From Sphingomonadaceae bacterium (GTDB taxonomy: Bacteria; Pseudomonadota; Alphaproteobacteria; Sphingomonadales; Sphingomonadaceae), in contig JAJUHA010000010.1 in assembly GCA_029268145.1 (NCBI GenBank), positions 2,055 through 66,054 of the forward strand: 64,000 nucleotides of DNA, written 5' to 3'. Under the pieces are notes generated by a model that worked only from the letters and a program-made list of their open reading frames with translations, ran no database searches and had not been told where the DNA came from. The position numbers were made by a program, and so were the translations under genes. Positions 31,196 through 39,838 of the stretch are shown piece after piece (within the stretch, counting starts at the first letter, position 1; every line of letters starts with the position of its first letter).

Positions 31196-31324
31196 GTTGA
31201 TCCCCTTCCGACGCACCTGTCGAACGCAGTGCGACGCCATTTAGCCGACGGGAGTCGACAATGGCAAGCGCGAACAGGGGACAAGCTGTGACACCCGGGC
31301 AACAGGGACAAGTAGTTGTCGAGC

Positions 31325-31789
31325 CTAGCTTCCGGCAAAGACGCCGAGCTCGATCAGGCGTGTCACGATTGCGGCGAGTGCAGCACGCGCCTCGGCATCG
31401 ACCGTCGTTCCGCCGGAAACCGAGGGCGCAGCAGGCACGGCAAGCGCCGGTTTCGGGTCAAGACGCCAGTTCATCCCGTCGAACCTCTGGCACCTTCCGA
31501 TCGCCGCGTTCCACAGCGCAAGGCCCGTGGCGGGCGGGAAGAACCGCCAGCCGGCGGCCGACAGATGGGCAATCTGGCCGTCCCGGCCCGACCATTCGGC
31601 CTCCGCGGGTGTCCCCACCAGCCAGGCCGCGCCAACCGCCGCTCCTGCCGGCGGGCGCAGCAGTCCGGCACTCTCGATCTGGCCGTGCAGAAGGACATCG
31701 ATCCCGGCGATCGCCTCGTTGTGCGTCACATCCTTCTGCCCCTGCCCATGAACCAGCAGGGGCAGGCCGAAACGTTGCGTGCTTTCCAT
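31325..31789 (-). CDS. DUF2793 domain protein (GTA-associated tail-fibre-like)
   Basis: 154 aa. N-terminal RFGLPLLVHGQGQKDVTHNEAIAGIDVLL is the DUF2793 signature. Follows g15, as in many alphaproteobacterial GTA loci. Confidence 0.75.
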   Translation of the reverse strand: MESTQRFGLPLLVHGQGQKDVTHNEAIAGIDVLLHGQIESAGLLRPPAGAAVGAAWLVGTPAEAEWSGRDGQIAHLSAAGWRFFPPATGLALWNAAIGRCQRFDGMNWRLDPKPALAVPAAPSVSGGTTVDAEARAALAAIVTRLIELGVFAGS

Positions 31790-31822
31790 CGCCTGTCTCC
31801 TCGGAAACGCTTCCCAGCCGCG

Positions 31823-33994
31823 TCAGACCGCAAGCATCCGCTCGCCGCTCGAGCGGACGGTGACCGGTCCGTCGCCCTCGGCGATGACCTCGCACCAGAG
31901 CTGGCCGGACCCGGCCGTCCTCGCCTCGGCAACCGCCTCCTCGGGAAGGACGACCTCCTCGCCGAACACCGGCAGCGCGAGCGTCCGTTGCCCCGTCGCG
32001 CCAGTCCACCGCAGCTGGACGCGGTACCATCGCTCCGGCGCCTCGGCAGCGCCGTTCCAGTCGAGGCATGCGCGGTCGCGCCCGGTCCAGGCGAGGGCGA
32101 GGCGATCCGGCCCGGAGGGCAGGATCCGCAGATGGCAGGGCCCGAGCGGCGCCGTCGCCGCCCCCGTCACCCCATGCTCCCGCAGCGTCCCCCCGGCCGG
32201 GTCGCCAGCGCCGGACGCCTGGAACAGCAGCGTCCTTCCGGCCCAGTCCGGCCGCAGGGCAAGCCCCTGGGCTGCCCAGAAAACCACCTCGTGCCAGGGC
32301 GTCCCCGCGAGGTGGAGCCGGGGGGTGGTGCCCAGCCGGCCGCGCAGCAGGCCGGAGAGGATGAGCCTGCCCTCACCGAGCACCGACGCCGACCGGAACT
32401 GGATCAGCTCGTCCCCCACGCACAGGAGACTGGCGCCGTCGAGCACGGCGCGCATGGAACGGGAGAGGATGCGCTCGTCCCCGGCATCGCACCCGATCAC
32501 CAGCCGGTTCGCCTCGTCCCACAGGGTCGAAGGCGCCTCGCCGAGGGGCTCGAGCAGGCTCCCGTTCGCCATGCCCACCCGCAGCGCTCCGAGCGGAGCA
32601 AACATGTCCTCGCCCGCTGCCGCCCACCCCAGGTTCGCGCTGGTCCACCCGTCGGCTGCCAGCGCGAAGATCCGGAGCGCGGGCGGCTCCTCCCCAGACC
32701 AGCCGGTCGGGGCCTCGACGAGGGCAAGCCGGGTCGGCACGAGCCGGTCGGCAGGCGCGGGAAGCACCCGCCCATGGTCGCCGGGCAGATTGGCCTCGCC
32801 ATGCTCGGAAACGGCCTCGCATCTCAGCCGAACCAGACCGGCCTCGACCAGCTTCTCGACCACGCGCCACAGCCGGTGATCGCCCGCCAGGCGAAGCCGG
32901 TCGTTGGGCGCAATCCCCAGCCACTCCCACGAGAGCGCGAGCTCGAGCCGCTCGATGGCAGCGCGGGCATCGAGGAACAGGGTGCGCGCGCTGCGCAGCG
33001 CCTCGGCCGCGCGTGCCGAGAAGGGACCCGAGACGTCGAGCACCCGCGCACCGGCGCGTTCGCCATAGTGCTGCGCGCCGCGCTGGAAGTCCCGTTCGGG
33101 ATCGAGATAGCCGACCCGCGCTCCCGAGACCCGGTCGGCGAGCGCCGCGGTCGTGGGTCGGGGCCCCGCGTCGGGGTCGTCCGCCGGCCTTCGCGCGCCC
33201 AGCTCCTCCTCGGGAATGTTCCACTCCCGGCCCAGCCGCTCGATGCGCACGCCGTCCCGGTCGAGGACGGGTCGCACCGCGAGGAAGTCGCTCAGCGCTT
33301 CCGCGTCCTCGCGCGCCGTCGGTCCCAGCGCCGCATAGCCGCCAAGCCCCGCCGCGGCGATGCAGCGCGCGCCGCCGAGGCCGGACCGGCCCAGATGCTC
33401 GGCGAGCCAGTCCGCCGCCGCGGATCCCTCTTGGTCGGCATGTACCTCGAAGCTGAGCGCGGGGATCCGGTTGCCGAAGGCGGCCAGCGGGAAATCCTCG
33501 AACACGACATGGGCGAGCTGGCGATAGGCCGGGCAGGTGCCAGGCCCTTCGGCGGCAGCGATCAGGGGGTCGAGCGCCTGCTCCGCCACCCCGCGATGGA
33601 CGCGCATGGTGCAGGCGATGCCGAGGGTGCCGTCGGCGTCGCGGATCAGCCGTCCGTCCGCCCAGATGCGCCCGATCCGGGCGATCCGCCGGGACGAGAC
33701 GGCAATGGCAAAGGAGGCCGTGTAGGCCGACCGGTCCGACGTTCCGCCCTTGGCCTCGCCCGATCGGGCGAATGGCAGCGCCCAGATGAGGACCCCGGAC
33801 ACGCGCGAGACGCCATAGACCTCGGGAACCGGGTCGCCATAGGCCGAGGTCGGCGCGCGGAACTCGGGCACCCGGCCGCGGCGGCCGCGCCCGGCCAGCG
33901 CGGCGTCGAGCGCCGAGCCCGCCATCGCCGCCGCGGCCCCGCCCAGCGGCCCGGCCACTGCCTGGCCAATGGTCGAGAAGATGACCGAACCCAT
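31823..33994 (-). CDS. GTA g15-like host-specificity / baseplate protein (short form)
   Basis: 723 aa from ATG 33994, preceded by GAGGAGG. Gly/Ala-rich N-terminus MGSVIFSTIGQAVAGPLGG..., then YGVSRVSGVLIWA and GNRIPALSFEV motifs typical of g15/phage-tail_3 proteins. Confidence 0.75.
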   Translation of the reverse strand: MGSVIFSTIGQAVAGPLGGAAAAMAGSALDAALAGRGRRGRVPEFRAPTSAYGDPVPEVYGVSRVSGVLIWALPFARSGEAKGGTSDRSAYTASFAIAVSSRRIARIGRIWADGRLIRDADGTLGIACTMRVHRGVAEQALDPLIAAAEGPGTCPAYRQLAHVVFEDFPLAAFGNRIPALSFEVHADQEGSAAADWLAEHLGRSGLGGARCIAAAGLGGYAALGPTAREDAEALSDFLAVRPVLDRDGVRIERLGREWNIPEEELGARRPADDPDAGPRPTTAALADRVSGARVGYLDPERDFQRGAQHYGERAGARVLDVSGPFSARAAEALRSARTLFLDARAAIERLELALSWEWLGIAPNDRLRLAGDHRLWRVVEKLVEAGLVRLRCEAVSEHGEANLPGDHGRVLPAPADRLVPTRLALVEAPTGWSGEEPPALRIFALAADGWTSANLGWAAAGEDMFAPLGALRVGMANGSLLEPLGEAPSTLWDEANRLVIGCDAGDERILSRSMRAVLDGASLLCVGDELIQFRSASVLGEGRLILSGLLRGRLGTTPRLHLAGTPWHEVVFWAAQGLALRPDWAGRTLLFQASGAGDPAGGTLREHGVTGAATAPLGPCHLRILPSGPDRLALAWTGRDRACLDWNGAAEAPERWYRVQLRWTGATGQRTLALPVFGEEVVLPEEAVAEARTAGSGQLWCEVIAEGDGPVTVRSSGERMLAV

Positions 33995-34004
33995 TCCCGC
34001 CTCC

Positions 34005-34424
34005 TCAACCCGCCCGCCACACCGAGCGGATCCGCTCGTCCGGGCGCCACGGCCGTTCGACCACCCGGCGCAGCCCGGCATGGGCCTCGATCACGCCGGC
34101 GGCCGTCGCGATGGCGAAATGCAGCTGCCCCGGCGCCGGCTCGCACAGGATGATGTCGCCCGGCTGCCGCCCGGCCGGCGCCACCGCGCGCAGGCCGAGG
34201 CGCCTCAGCCTGACTTCCGCGGCCTCCGGGGCCTGGAACCGCATGCCATGGGTCGGCTCGAACGGAACGCCGAGCCCCGCCCCCTCGAGCGCGAGGAACA
34301 CGAGGCCGACGCAGTCGACGCCCGCCGCCGAACAGCCCTGGGGGCGGAACCGGGTTCCAAGCAGCGCGCGGGCGGCCTCGACGATGCGCTCGCCCGGCCG
34401 CGTCTCCCGCTCAGTCGACACCAT
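34005..34424 (-). CDS. GTA g14-like NlpC/P60 cell-wall peptidase
   Basis: 139 aa. Catalytic Cys context GVDCVGLV and downstream HFAIAT/IEAH. The start overlaps the g13 end. Confidence 0.8.
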   Translation of the reverse strand: MVSTERETRPGERIVEAARALLGTRFRPQGCSAAGVDCVGLVFLALEGAGLGVPFEPTHGMRFQAPEAAEVRLRRLGLRAVAPAGRQPGDIILCEPAPGQLHFAIATAAGVIEAHAGLRRVVERPWRPDERIRSVWRAG

Positions 34425-35241
34425 AGCGCACCAGCGCATCATTGCCCGGAAGGTGCGGCTCGCCGGCAAAGGCCGGTCCGTTCCCGAACCGGCTGCAGCA
34501 GGTCGCGAAGGTCCGGTCGCAGCCCTCCCGGAGCCGCAGCCGCAGCTGCTCTCCGGCCGCGAACTCGGCGCCGATGCCGAGCGTCACGACCGCCCCGTCG
34601 ACGGCGAGCACCGTCCCGTCGAGGCCCGTGAACCGCCCGGAAAGCAGGCGCGCGCGGCCATGCAGGAACCGCGCCCCATCCTCGAGCGGGCTCGCCGCCT
34701 CGACCGCGCGGGGGCCAAGCGCCACGGCATGGATGTCGACGGACCGGCCCGCCATGTCGATTCCGCACACCAGGTCGCCGAGTTCGGCCCGGCAGGTCGG
34801 GGACACTTCGAGCACCCGCCGCCGCGCCAGCGCGGCCAGCGGCGAGAGAAGCTCCATCCGGAACTGCCCGCCGGGCCCCAGCCCCAGGCGGCGGACATCC
34901 CCGATCGTCCCCTCGGTCAGGAAGGTGTCGGGCTGCTCCGGGCGGCGCCAGTCGCAGGCAAAGACCTGCAGCGTCGCGCCCTCCCACCGCCCGGACCGCA
35001 GGTCGTCCTCGCTGATGCGCTCCGAGTCGAGGAACCCCTCGATCGCCATGCTGTCCACGTCGTAGCTGGCCGATGTCAGGATGGCGGAGGGCGTCATGCC
35101 CGCGTTGGGCTCGTAGGTCAGGCCGTCCCGCACCAGCGGGCGGTCGTGGCTGGTGAAGCCGAGCACCAGCCCGTCGGGCCGCATGATCTTCCAGCAGATG
35201 CAGATGCTGCCGAGACCGTCTTGAAACAGCGTCCCGCTCAC
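34411..35241 (-). CDS. GTA g13-like hub protein (DUF2163 / phage BR0599 family)
   Basis: 276 aa from GTG 35241, which overlaps the g12 stop (GTGA). CICWKIMRPDGLVLGFTSHDRPL and the C-terminal CDRTFATCCSRFGN are family hallmarks. Confidence 0.85.
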   Translation of the reverse strand: MSGTLFQDGLGSICICWKIMRPDGLVLGFTSHDRPLVRDGLTYEPNAGMTPSAILTSASYDVDSMAIEGFLDSERISEDDLRSGRWEGATLQVFACDWRRPEQPDTFLTEGTIGDVRRLGLGPGGQFRMELLSPLAALARRRVLEVSPTCRAELGDLVCGIDMAGRSVDIHAVALGPRAVEAASPLEDGARFLHGRARLLSGRFTGLDGTVLAVDGAVVTLGIGAEFAAGEQLRLRLREGCDRTFATCCSRFGNGPAFAGEPHLPGNDALVRYGVD

Positions 35242-35873
35242 GCGAACGCCTCCCGGATCTCGACCAGCGGCACCGAGGGAACCTCGCCCGAGCGGAACCC
35301 CGACATGGAGATCTCCAGCCGGTCGACGGCAAAGCGCACCGGCACGTCGAACCGGTAGCCGCACCGCACCTCGGCCCCGGCGGGCGGCGGCGCGGCGAAG
35401 ACGAGGATTCCGCCGGTCTCGAGCGTCCACCCCGTCTCCTGCACCACGCCGCCCACCGCCACGAGGAACCCGTCCGCAACGGGCCGGGTGATCCGCCGCG
35501 CAAGGCCGGCGAACGCCGGGTCATAGGTCTTCACGACCGGAAAGCGGATCCGCACCCCGTCTCCCACGCCCAGCAGCTGGTCGAACGGGCCGGGGGGCCC
35601 GCCGTCGAGGGCCGAGCTGTTGTCGAGCGGATCCTCGAAGCGGAAGCCGAAGGCCTGGCCGTGGCGGGCCCGGAAGAAGCGGACCAGCGTCCGCAGATCC
35701 TCCTCCGAGCGGACTCCGAGCCCGGCGTCGAACCGCATCAGCGGCTGCTGCCACAGGATGTTCCGCCGCTCGAAGCCGGAGGCGAGCACGGCCACCTCGG
35801 TCAGGAACTCGGGGCCGCCGACGGCGTCGAACCCGATCGCCAGGGGAAAGCGGACGTCGTGAAACGCCTCCAT
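35238..35873 (-). CDS. possible stand-alone g12 (DUF2460) from an internal in-frame start
   Basis: ATG 35873 sits exactly at the canonical g12 N-terminus and is preceded by GAGGAG (…ttcGAGGAGcagtccATG). Confidence 0.45.
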   Translation of the reverse strand: MEAFHDVRFPLAIGFDAVGGPEFLTEVAVLASGFERRNILWQQPLMRFDAGLGVRSEEDLRTLVRFFRARHGQAFGFRFEDPLDNSSALDGGPPGPFDQLLGVGDGVRIRFPVVKTYDPAFAGLARRITRPVADGFLVAVGGVVQETGWTLETGGILVFAAPPPAGAEVRCGYRFDVPVRFAVDRLEISMSGFRSGEVPSVPLVEIREAFA

Positions 35874-37583
35874 GGACTGCTCCTCGAACTGGCCGTGAAC
35901 GACGAGGCCGTCGCGGCGCACCTGCGGCCACGCCCACACGAAGACCTCGGCCGCCCCGCGCCGCGCCGCATCCGCCGCTGCCGCCATGATCCGCGGCCAG
36001 GCCGTGCCGGCATCCTCGGGCCGCAGCACGAACCCCGCGAAATAGTGCATCCCGGCCACCGGATAGCCGAGGCGCGCGGCCACCTCGTCCCAGCCCCGCG
36101 CGCGCCGGTGCTCGTCGCCCGCCGTCACCAGGTCATAGTCCTCGAGCTGGAGGACATCGAAGGCCGGGCGCGCCCAGCCGACGGGCATGTTGGCGCGGAT
36201 GAGCTCGGGGTCGTCGGGGTCGAGCACCTGCGGCGAATAGAACAGCAGATGGCTCCGGAACCCCTCGCCGGCCGCCGCCCTCGCGGCGTCGACCAGCGCG
36301 GCCGTCGAGGCCGCAAGGCGCGCGCCCAGCCAGTCGAGGAAGGCGATCTCCGCCGGGGACTTCGGTCCGCGGATGTCGTCGATCGCCGGCGGCGGGCCGC
36401 CCCGATCGGCCACATGGGCGGCAACCGTCGCCGCGTCGTAGAAGCAGGGGCGATGGTCGGGCCCGACCCACCACCAGGGCTCGCCGACCTGGAACTGCGG
36501 CTGCAGCCCCGCCGCCGCCGCGATCGAGACGAACTCCGCCGCCACCCGGCCGAGCCAGGCCATGGCCTCCGCATGCGTCGGCGACAGCAGCGCCGAGGGC
36601 GGAGTCCATCCGGTCAGCCCGCGCTCGCCATTCGCCTTGCGCTGGACCCAGGCCGAAGGCGCATAGGCGTCGAACAGCTCGTAGGAGAGGGAGAGGATGA
36701 GCGCGTAGCCCTGCGCGGCGAGCGCGGACGCCAGCGCGCGATGCCAGGCCCGCGCCGGCCCGTTCAGCTCGCCTGCGGGCGGGACGGTATAGCGTTCCCC
36801 GTCCCAGGCCAGCGCCGGGTAGTGGCTCATCCCGACATAGTGGGTCACCGTCCCCCGGTAACCGAGCGCCAGCCACTGCTCGACCAGCCGTTCCGGCGCC
36901 TGGTTGTAGCTGTCGTCATAGCCGCTCGCCAGCCGCAGCGGGTGCTCGGGCAGGAAGGCGTCATTGACCGGGATCGACGCATGCGCCCCCGTCACCTCGA
37001 TGTTCCGCAGCTCGACCCAGGTCTCGACCGGCGCCGGCAGCGGGCCCTCCGCGTCGGCGTGCCCGTCGGGCATCAGCGAGATGAACATCCGGTCGATGTC
37101 GTGCGGATGCACCGGGTCGGCCTCGGCCGGCAGCAGGAACCCGCCTTCGAGCGCGCCGAGATCGAGCCGGATGCGCGCCTCGGTCGGCGTCCCCTCGGCA
37201 TAGTTCCACAGCCGGACATACCAGGTCCGCGGGTTCCCGGCCGCATCCCGCCCCTCGATGGTGAGCGTCGGGCCATTGACGGCGTCGAGCGGGCGCAGGC
37301 CCGGCCCCGCCACCCAGTCGAAGGCGAGCGTGCAGCCGGCATAGTCGCGGATGGTGCGGTAGGCGCACCGCGGGTGGGACCAGCGGTCCTCGGATTCCCA
37401 GATGAGCCCGGCCAGGTCCCGGCGGGCGAGGAAGGCAAGGTCCACCCGGAGCAGCCGCGGCGCCGGGTTGGTGAGGGCGGCCATCATCGGCCGCGGGAAA
37501 TCGACCGTCCACAGCCGCGGCGCGAACCGCCTCACCGCGTCCTGGCGAACCGGGTCGCCCGGCCCTGCGAAATGGTGCAGCAC
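35238..37583 (-). CDS. 781-aa fusion: unknown 570-aa N-terminal module plus GTA g12 distal tail protein (DUF2460)
   Basis: Uninterrupted ORF. GTG 37583 lies 4 nt after the tape-measure stop. The last 211 aa (MEAFHDVRFPLAIGFDAVGGPEF...SGFERRN...) are a complete DUF2460/g12. The N-terminal part has no counterpart in reference g12. Confidence 0.7.
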   Translation of the reverse strand: MLHHFAGPGDPVRQDAVRRFAPRLWTVDFPRPMMAALTNPAPRLLRVDLAFLARRDLAGLIWESEDRWSHPRCAYRTIRDYAGCTLAFDWVAGPGLRPLDAVNGPTLTIEGRDAAGNPRTWYVRLWNYAEGTPTEARIRLDLGALEGGFLLPAEADPVHPHDIDRMFISLMPDGHADAEGPLPAPVETWVELRNIEVTGAHASIPVNDAFLPEHPLRLASGYDDSYNQAPERLVEQWLALGYRGTVTHYVGMSHYPALAWDGERYTVPPAGELNGPARAWHRALASALAAQGYALILSLSYELFDAYAPSAWVQRKANGERGLTGWTPPSALLSPTHAEAMAWLGRVAAEFVSIAAAAGLQPQFQVGEPWWWVGPDHRPCFYDAATVAAHVADRGGPPPAIDDIRGPKSPAEIAFLDWLGARLAASTAALVDAARAAAGEGFRSHLLFYSPQVLDPDDPELIRANMPVGWARPAFDVLQLEDYDLVTAGDEHRRARGWDEVAARLGYPVAGMHYFAGFVLRPEDAGTAWPRIMAAAADAARRGAAEVFVWAWPQVRRDGLVVHGQFEEQSMEAFHDVRFPLAIGFDAVGGPEFLTEVAVLASGFERRNILWQQPLMRFDAGLGVRSEEDLRTLVRFFRARHGQAFGFRFEDPLDNSSALDGGPPGPFDQLLGVGDGVRIRFPVVKTYDPAFAGLARRITRPVADGFLVAVGGVVQETGWTLETGGILVFAAPPPAGAEVRCGYRFDVPVRFAVDRLEISMSGFRSGEVPSVPLVEIREAFA

Positions 37584-37587
37584 GGTC

Positions 37588-38148
37588 TCACGGCTCCGCG
37601 CGCTGGAGCGCGCGCCTGACGGCGCGTGCCACCTGGTTTCCGGTCTGCGCCATGAAGGCCGGGCGCGTGCGCGTCGCCGGGCCGAGGTTCACGGCCAGGT
37701 TCACGACCTGCATGCCCCGCCCGCGGCCGGGCTCCACCCGCCCGCTCGCCGTCGGCACGAACAGCTCGGGCCCCTGCTCGCCCACCACATAGGCCCGCCC
37801 GGGCGCGACCGGCCCGCCGGTCGCGCGGCCGGGCAGCCCCGCGGCACCGGCAAGCCCGGCAAGCCCGGCGAGGAGGCCGCCGGGCCCTCCCGCCCCGCCG
37901 AACTCGATCCTGAGCGCAGCCGCCGCAATCTCGCCCAGCGCCCGTGCGGCCACCCGGGCGAGATCCTCGAACTCCACCCGTCCGCTCCGCGCGGCCCTGG
38001 CCAGCGCCGACTCGATCCCGCGCCCGGCCGCCTCGGCCCCGGCACCAAGGCCGGCCTCGAGCGACTGGCGCATCTCGGCGATGTCGCGCTGGAACGCCTC
38101 CATGTCGGCGCGCACGGCAACCGAAACCTCGTCAAACCCGTCAGCCAT
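37588..38148 (-). CDS. GTA g11-like short tail tape measure protein
   Basis: 186 aa, Ala/Gly-rich helical. The C-terminal YVVGEQGPELFVP motif is typical of tape-measure proteins. Position between chaperones and g12. Confidence 0.75.
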   Translation of the reverse strand: MADGFDEVSVAVRADMEAFQRDIAEMRQSLEAGLGAGAEAAGRGIESALARAARSGRVEFEDLARVAARALGEIAAAALRIEFGGAGGPGGLLAGLAGLAGAAGLPGRATGGPVAPGRAYVVGEQGPELFVPTASGRVEPGRGRGMQVVNLAVNLGPATRTRPAFMAQTGNQVARAVRRALQRAEP

Positions 38149-38335
38149 CGGGAAACTCCCGCATCAGTCGCTCGAGATCGGCTGCGACACCGACGGCCGG
38201 GGTGGTCCCGAACCGTCCCTCGATCGCCAGCCGCAGCTCGGCGAGCGTCGCGTTCCAGAAGGTGTCGGGCGTCCATCCGAGCACGCCCGTCGCAACCCGC
38301 GCGGCCAGCCGCGCGAAGACGAGATAGCTCGTCAT
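38141..38335 (-). CDS. GTA g10.1-like small tail assembly protein
   Basis: 64 aa; ATG overlaps the g10 stop (ATGA). LGWTPDTFWNATLAEL motif. Confidence 0.65.
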   Translation of the reverse strand: MTSYLVFARLAARVATGVLGWTPDTFWNATLAELRLAIEGRFGTTPAVGVAADLERLMREFPDG

Positions 38336-38652
38336 GTGCCGGTGAAGATCGCAGCGAGCAGCGCCCGGTAGGCCGCGAGCACCGGCTGCAGCCCGGCCCT
38401 CGCCAGCGCCTCCTCGAACGCGGCGCGCTCCATCGCCTCGCCATCCGCCCGCCGGCAGTGCCAGAACAGCGCGGCGGCATCGGCCAGTCGGACATCGCCT
38501 TGCGCGGCCCGCTCGATGAGCTGCGGCAGGCTGCCAAGCTCGGCTTCGGCGTGCACCAGCGCAGCGAAGCTGGGGCGCAGGCACAGGGCGCGGTCGCCCA
38601 GCCGCAGCGCCACCTCGCCGCGCACCGGGTTGGCCTCGCCGGCGGCAGTCAC
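38332..38652 (-). CDS. GTA g10-like tail assembly chaperone (gene transfer agent family protein)
   Basis: 106 aa; ANPVRGEVALRLGDRALCLRPSFAALVHAEAELG pattern. The start overlaps the g9 stop. Confidence 0.75.
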   Translation of the reverse strand: MTAAGEANPVRGEVALRLGDRALCLRPSFAALVHAEAELGSLPQLIERAAQGDVRLADAAALFWHCRRADGEAMERAAFEEALARAGLQPVLAAYRALLAAIFTGT

Positions 38653-39056
38653 AGCGCCTCCACCGGGCCCGAGCTCTCGAGCGCCAGGGTGTAGGTCCGC
38701 TCGCCATTGAAGTCCCCGGCATAGTCGAGCCGTGTCACCTGGAAGGTCCCGCGCAGCCGCTCGCCGCCCTCGAAGCTCACCTCATAGCGGTCGAGCGCGC
38801 CCGAAAGCGCGCGCGACTTCAGCTGCATTTCCGCCGCCGACCCGGTGAACACGCCCGCCCCCGAGATCGAGACCGAGCGCACCCCGGCCCCGCCGAGCAG
38901 ATCCCGCCACCCTGCCGAGCCCTTGTGCGTCACCACCACCTGCTGGGCCGCAATGCTGAGCTGGGTCGTCCGCAGGCCGGCGACGGTGCGATACTGCTCC
39001 GGCTCGCCATTGTCCGACAGCTTCAGAAGAAACGCGGCGCCGCTCTCGACTGCCAT
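38649..39056 (-). CDS. GTA g9-like major tail (tube) protein, TP901-1 family
   Basis: 135 aa; FLLKLSDNG...YRTVAGLRTT...ISGAGVF... pattern. Confidence 0.8.
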   Translation of the reverse strand: MAVESGAAFLLKLSDNGEPEQYRTVAGLRTTQLSIAAQQVVVTHKGSAGWRDLLGGAGVRSVSISGAGVFTGSAAEMQLKSRALSGALDRYEVSFEGGERLRGTFQVTRLDYAGDFNGERTYTLALESSGPVEAL

Positions 39057-39060
39057 GGCC

Positions 39061-39456
39061 TCACTCCTTGATGGTTCGCGCGATGAATTCGAGCCGGCCC
39101 TCGGTCCAGCTCTTCGGGTTGCGCCGCACCTGGGCGCGCGCCAGCCGCAGGCCGACGATCCGCAGCCCCTCGCCCGCGCGGGGCATGCCGAGCACGGCCG
39201 CCTCGATGCGCGCCATCAGCGCCTTGGCGCCTGCCATGCCGTCGCGGCCGAGCCAGGCGGAGATGGTGAGCCGATGCTCGTCGCCCCCGCCATCCTTCCA
39301 CCGCCACGGCACCATCGCGTCGGGCCCCAGCCCGATGAAGGGCGGGCGCGCGTCCGCCGGCGGGCCGTCGTGCACGGCCACGCCCGCCGCGGCGAGCTCC
39401 GGATCGGCCGCAAGCGCCGCCACGATCAGGCGCTGCAGCCTCAGGCTTGCGTCCAT
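39061..39456 (-). CDS. GTA g8-like tail terminator (DUF3168)
   Basis: 131 aa from ATG 39456 (MDASLRLQRLIVAALAADPEL...). Assigned by position and pattern. Confidence 0.7.
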   Translation of the reverse strand: MDASLRLQRLIVAALAADPELAAAGVAVHDGPPADARPPFIGLGPDAMVPWRWKDGGGDEHRLTISAWLGRDGMAGAKALMARIEAAVLGMPRAGEGLRIVGLRLARAQVRRNPKSWTEGRLEFIARTIKE

Positions 39457-39484
39457 GTCCCGTCTCCCGCGTGAAGGGGCGCGG

Positions 39485-39820
39485 TCAGGCGCCGAACTCC
39501 TCGGCGACGACCGAAAGCCGGTCCGGAAGCTGCGGATCCCGGTCGATCCCGGTGACCCGCAGGTCGAGCCCACGCCAGCTCAGGCGCATCCCCAGCGCCA
39601 CCTCGATCCCCGCGCGCATCAGCACCCGCCACCGCCGCGCCGTCACGCGCGTGTCGGCCACCACGGCCGACATGTTGAGCGTGTCGACGGGGCGCATCTC
39701 GGCCCAGTGCTCGCCTACGGTCCGCCAGATCTCGTGCGAGCCGCCGGCGCCATCGGGCGCATGCACCCGCTCCTCCACACGCACCCGCTGCTTCAGCCGC
39801 CCGGCAATTTCCCCGCTCAT
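39485..39820 (-). CDS. GTA g7-like head-tail adaptor / head closure protein
   Basis: 111 aa; LKQRVRVEERV...WAEMRPV... is typical of the phage head-closure (SPP1 gp16-like) family. Confidence 0.75.
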   Translation of the reverse strand: MSGEIAGRLKQRVRVEERVHAPDGAGGSHEIWRTVGEHWAEMRPVDTLNMSAVVADTRVTARRWRVLMRAGIEVALGMRLSWRGLDLRVTGIDRDPQLPDRLSVVAEEFGA

Positions 39821-39838
39821 GTCCCGCCTTTCCCCGCG

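Noticed and set aside
38141-38652. Programmed -1 frameshift between the two tail-chaperone ORFs (g10/g10.1), as in many siphoviruses
   Set aside because: The ORFs are joined by a simple ATGA stop-start overlap, and I saw no slippery heptamer upstream. Separate translation is the simpler reading.
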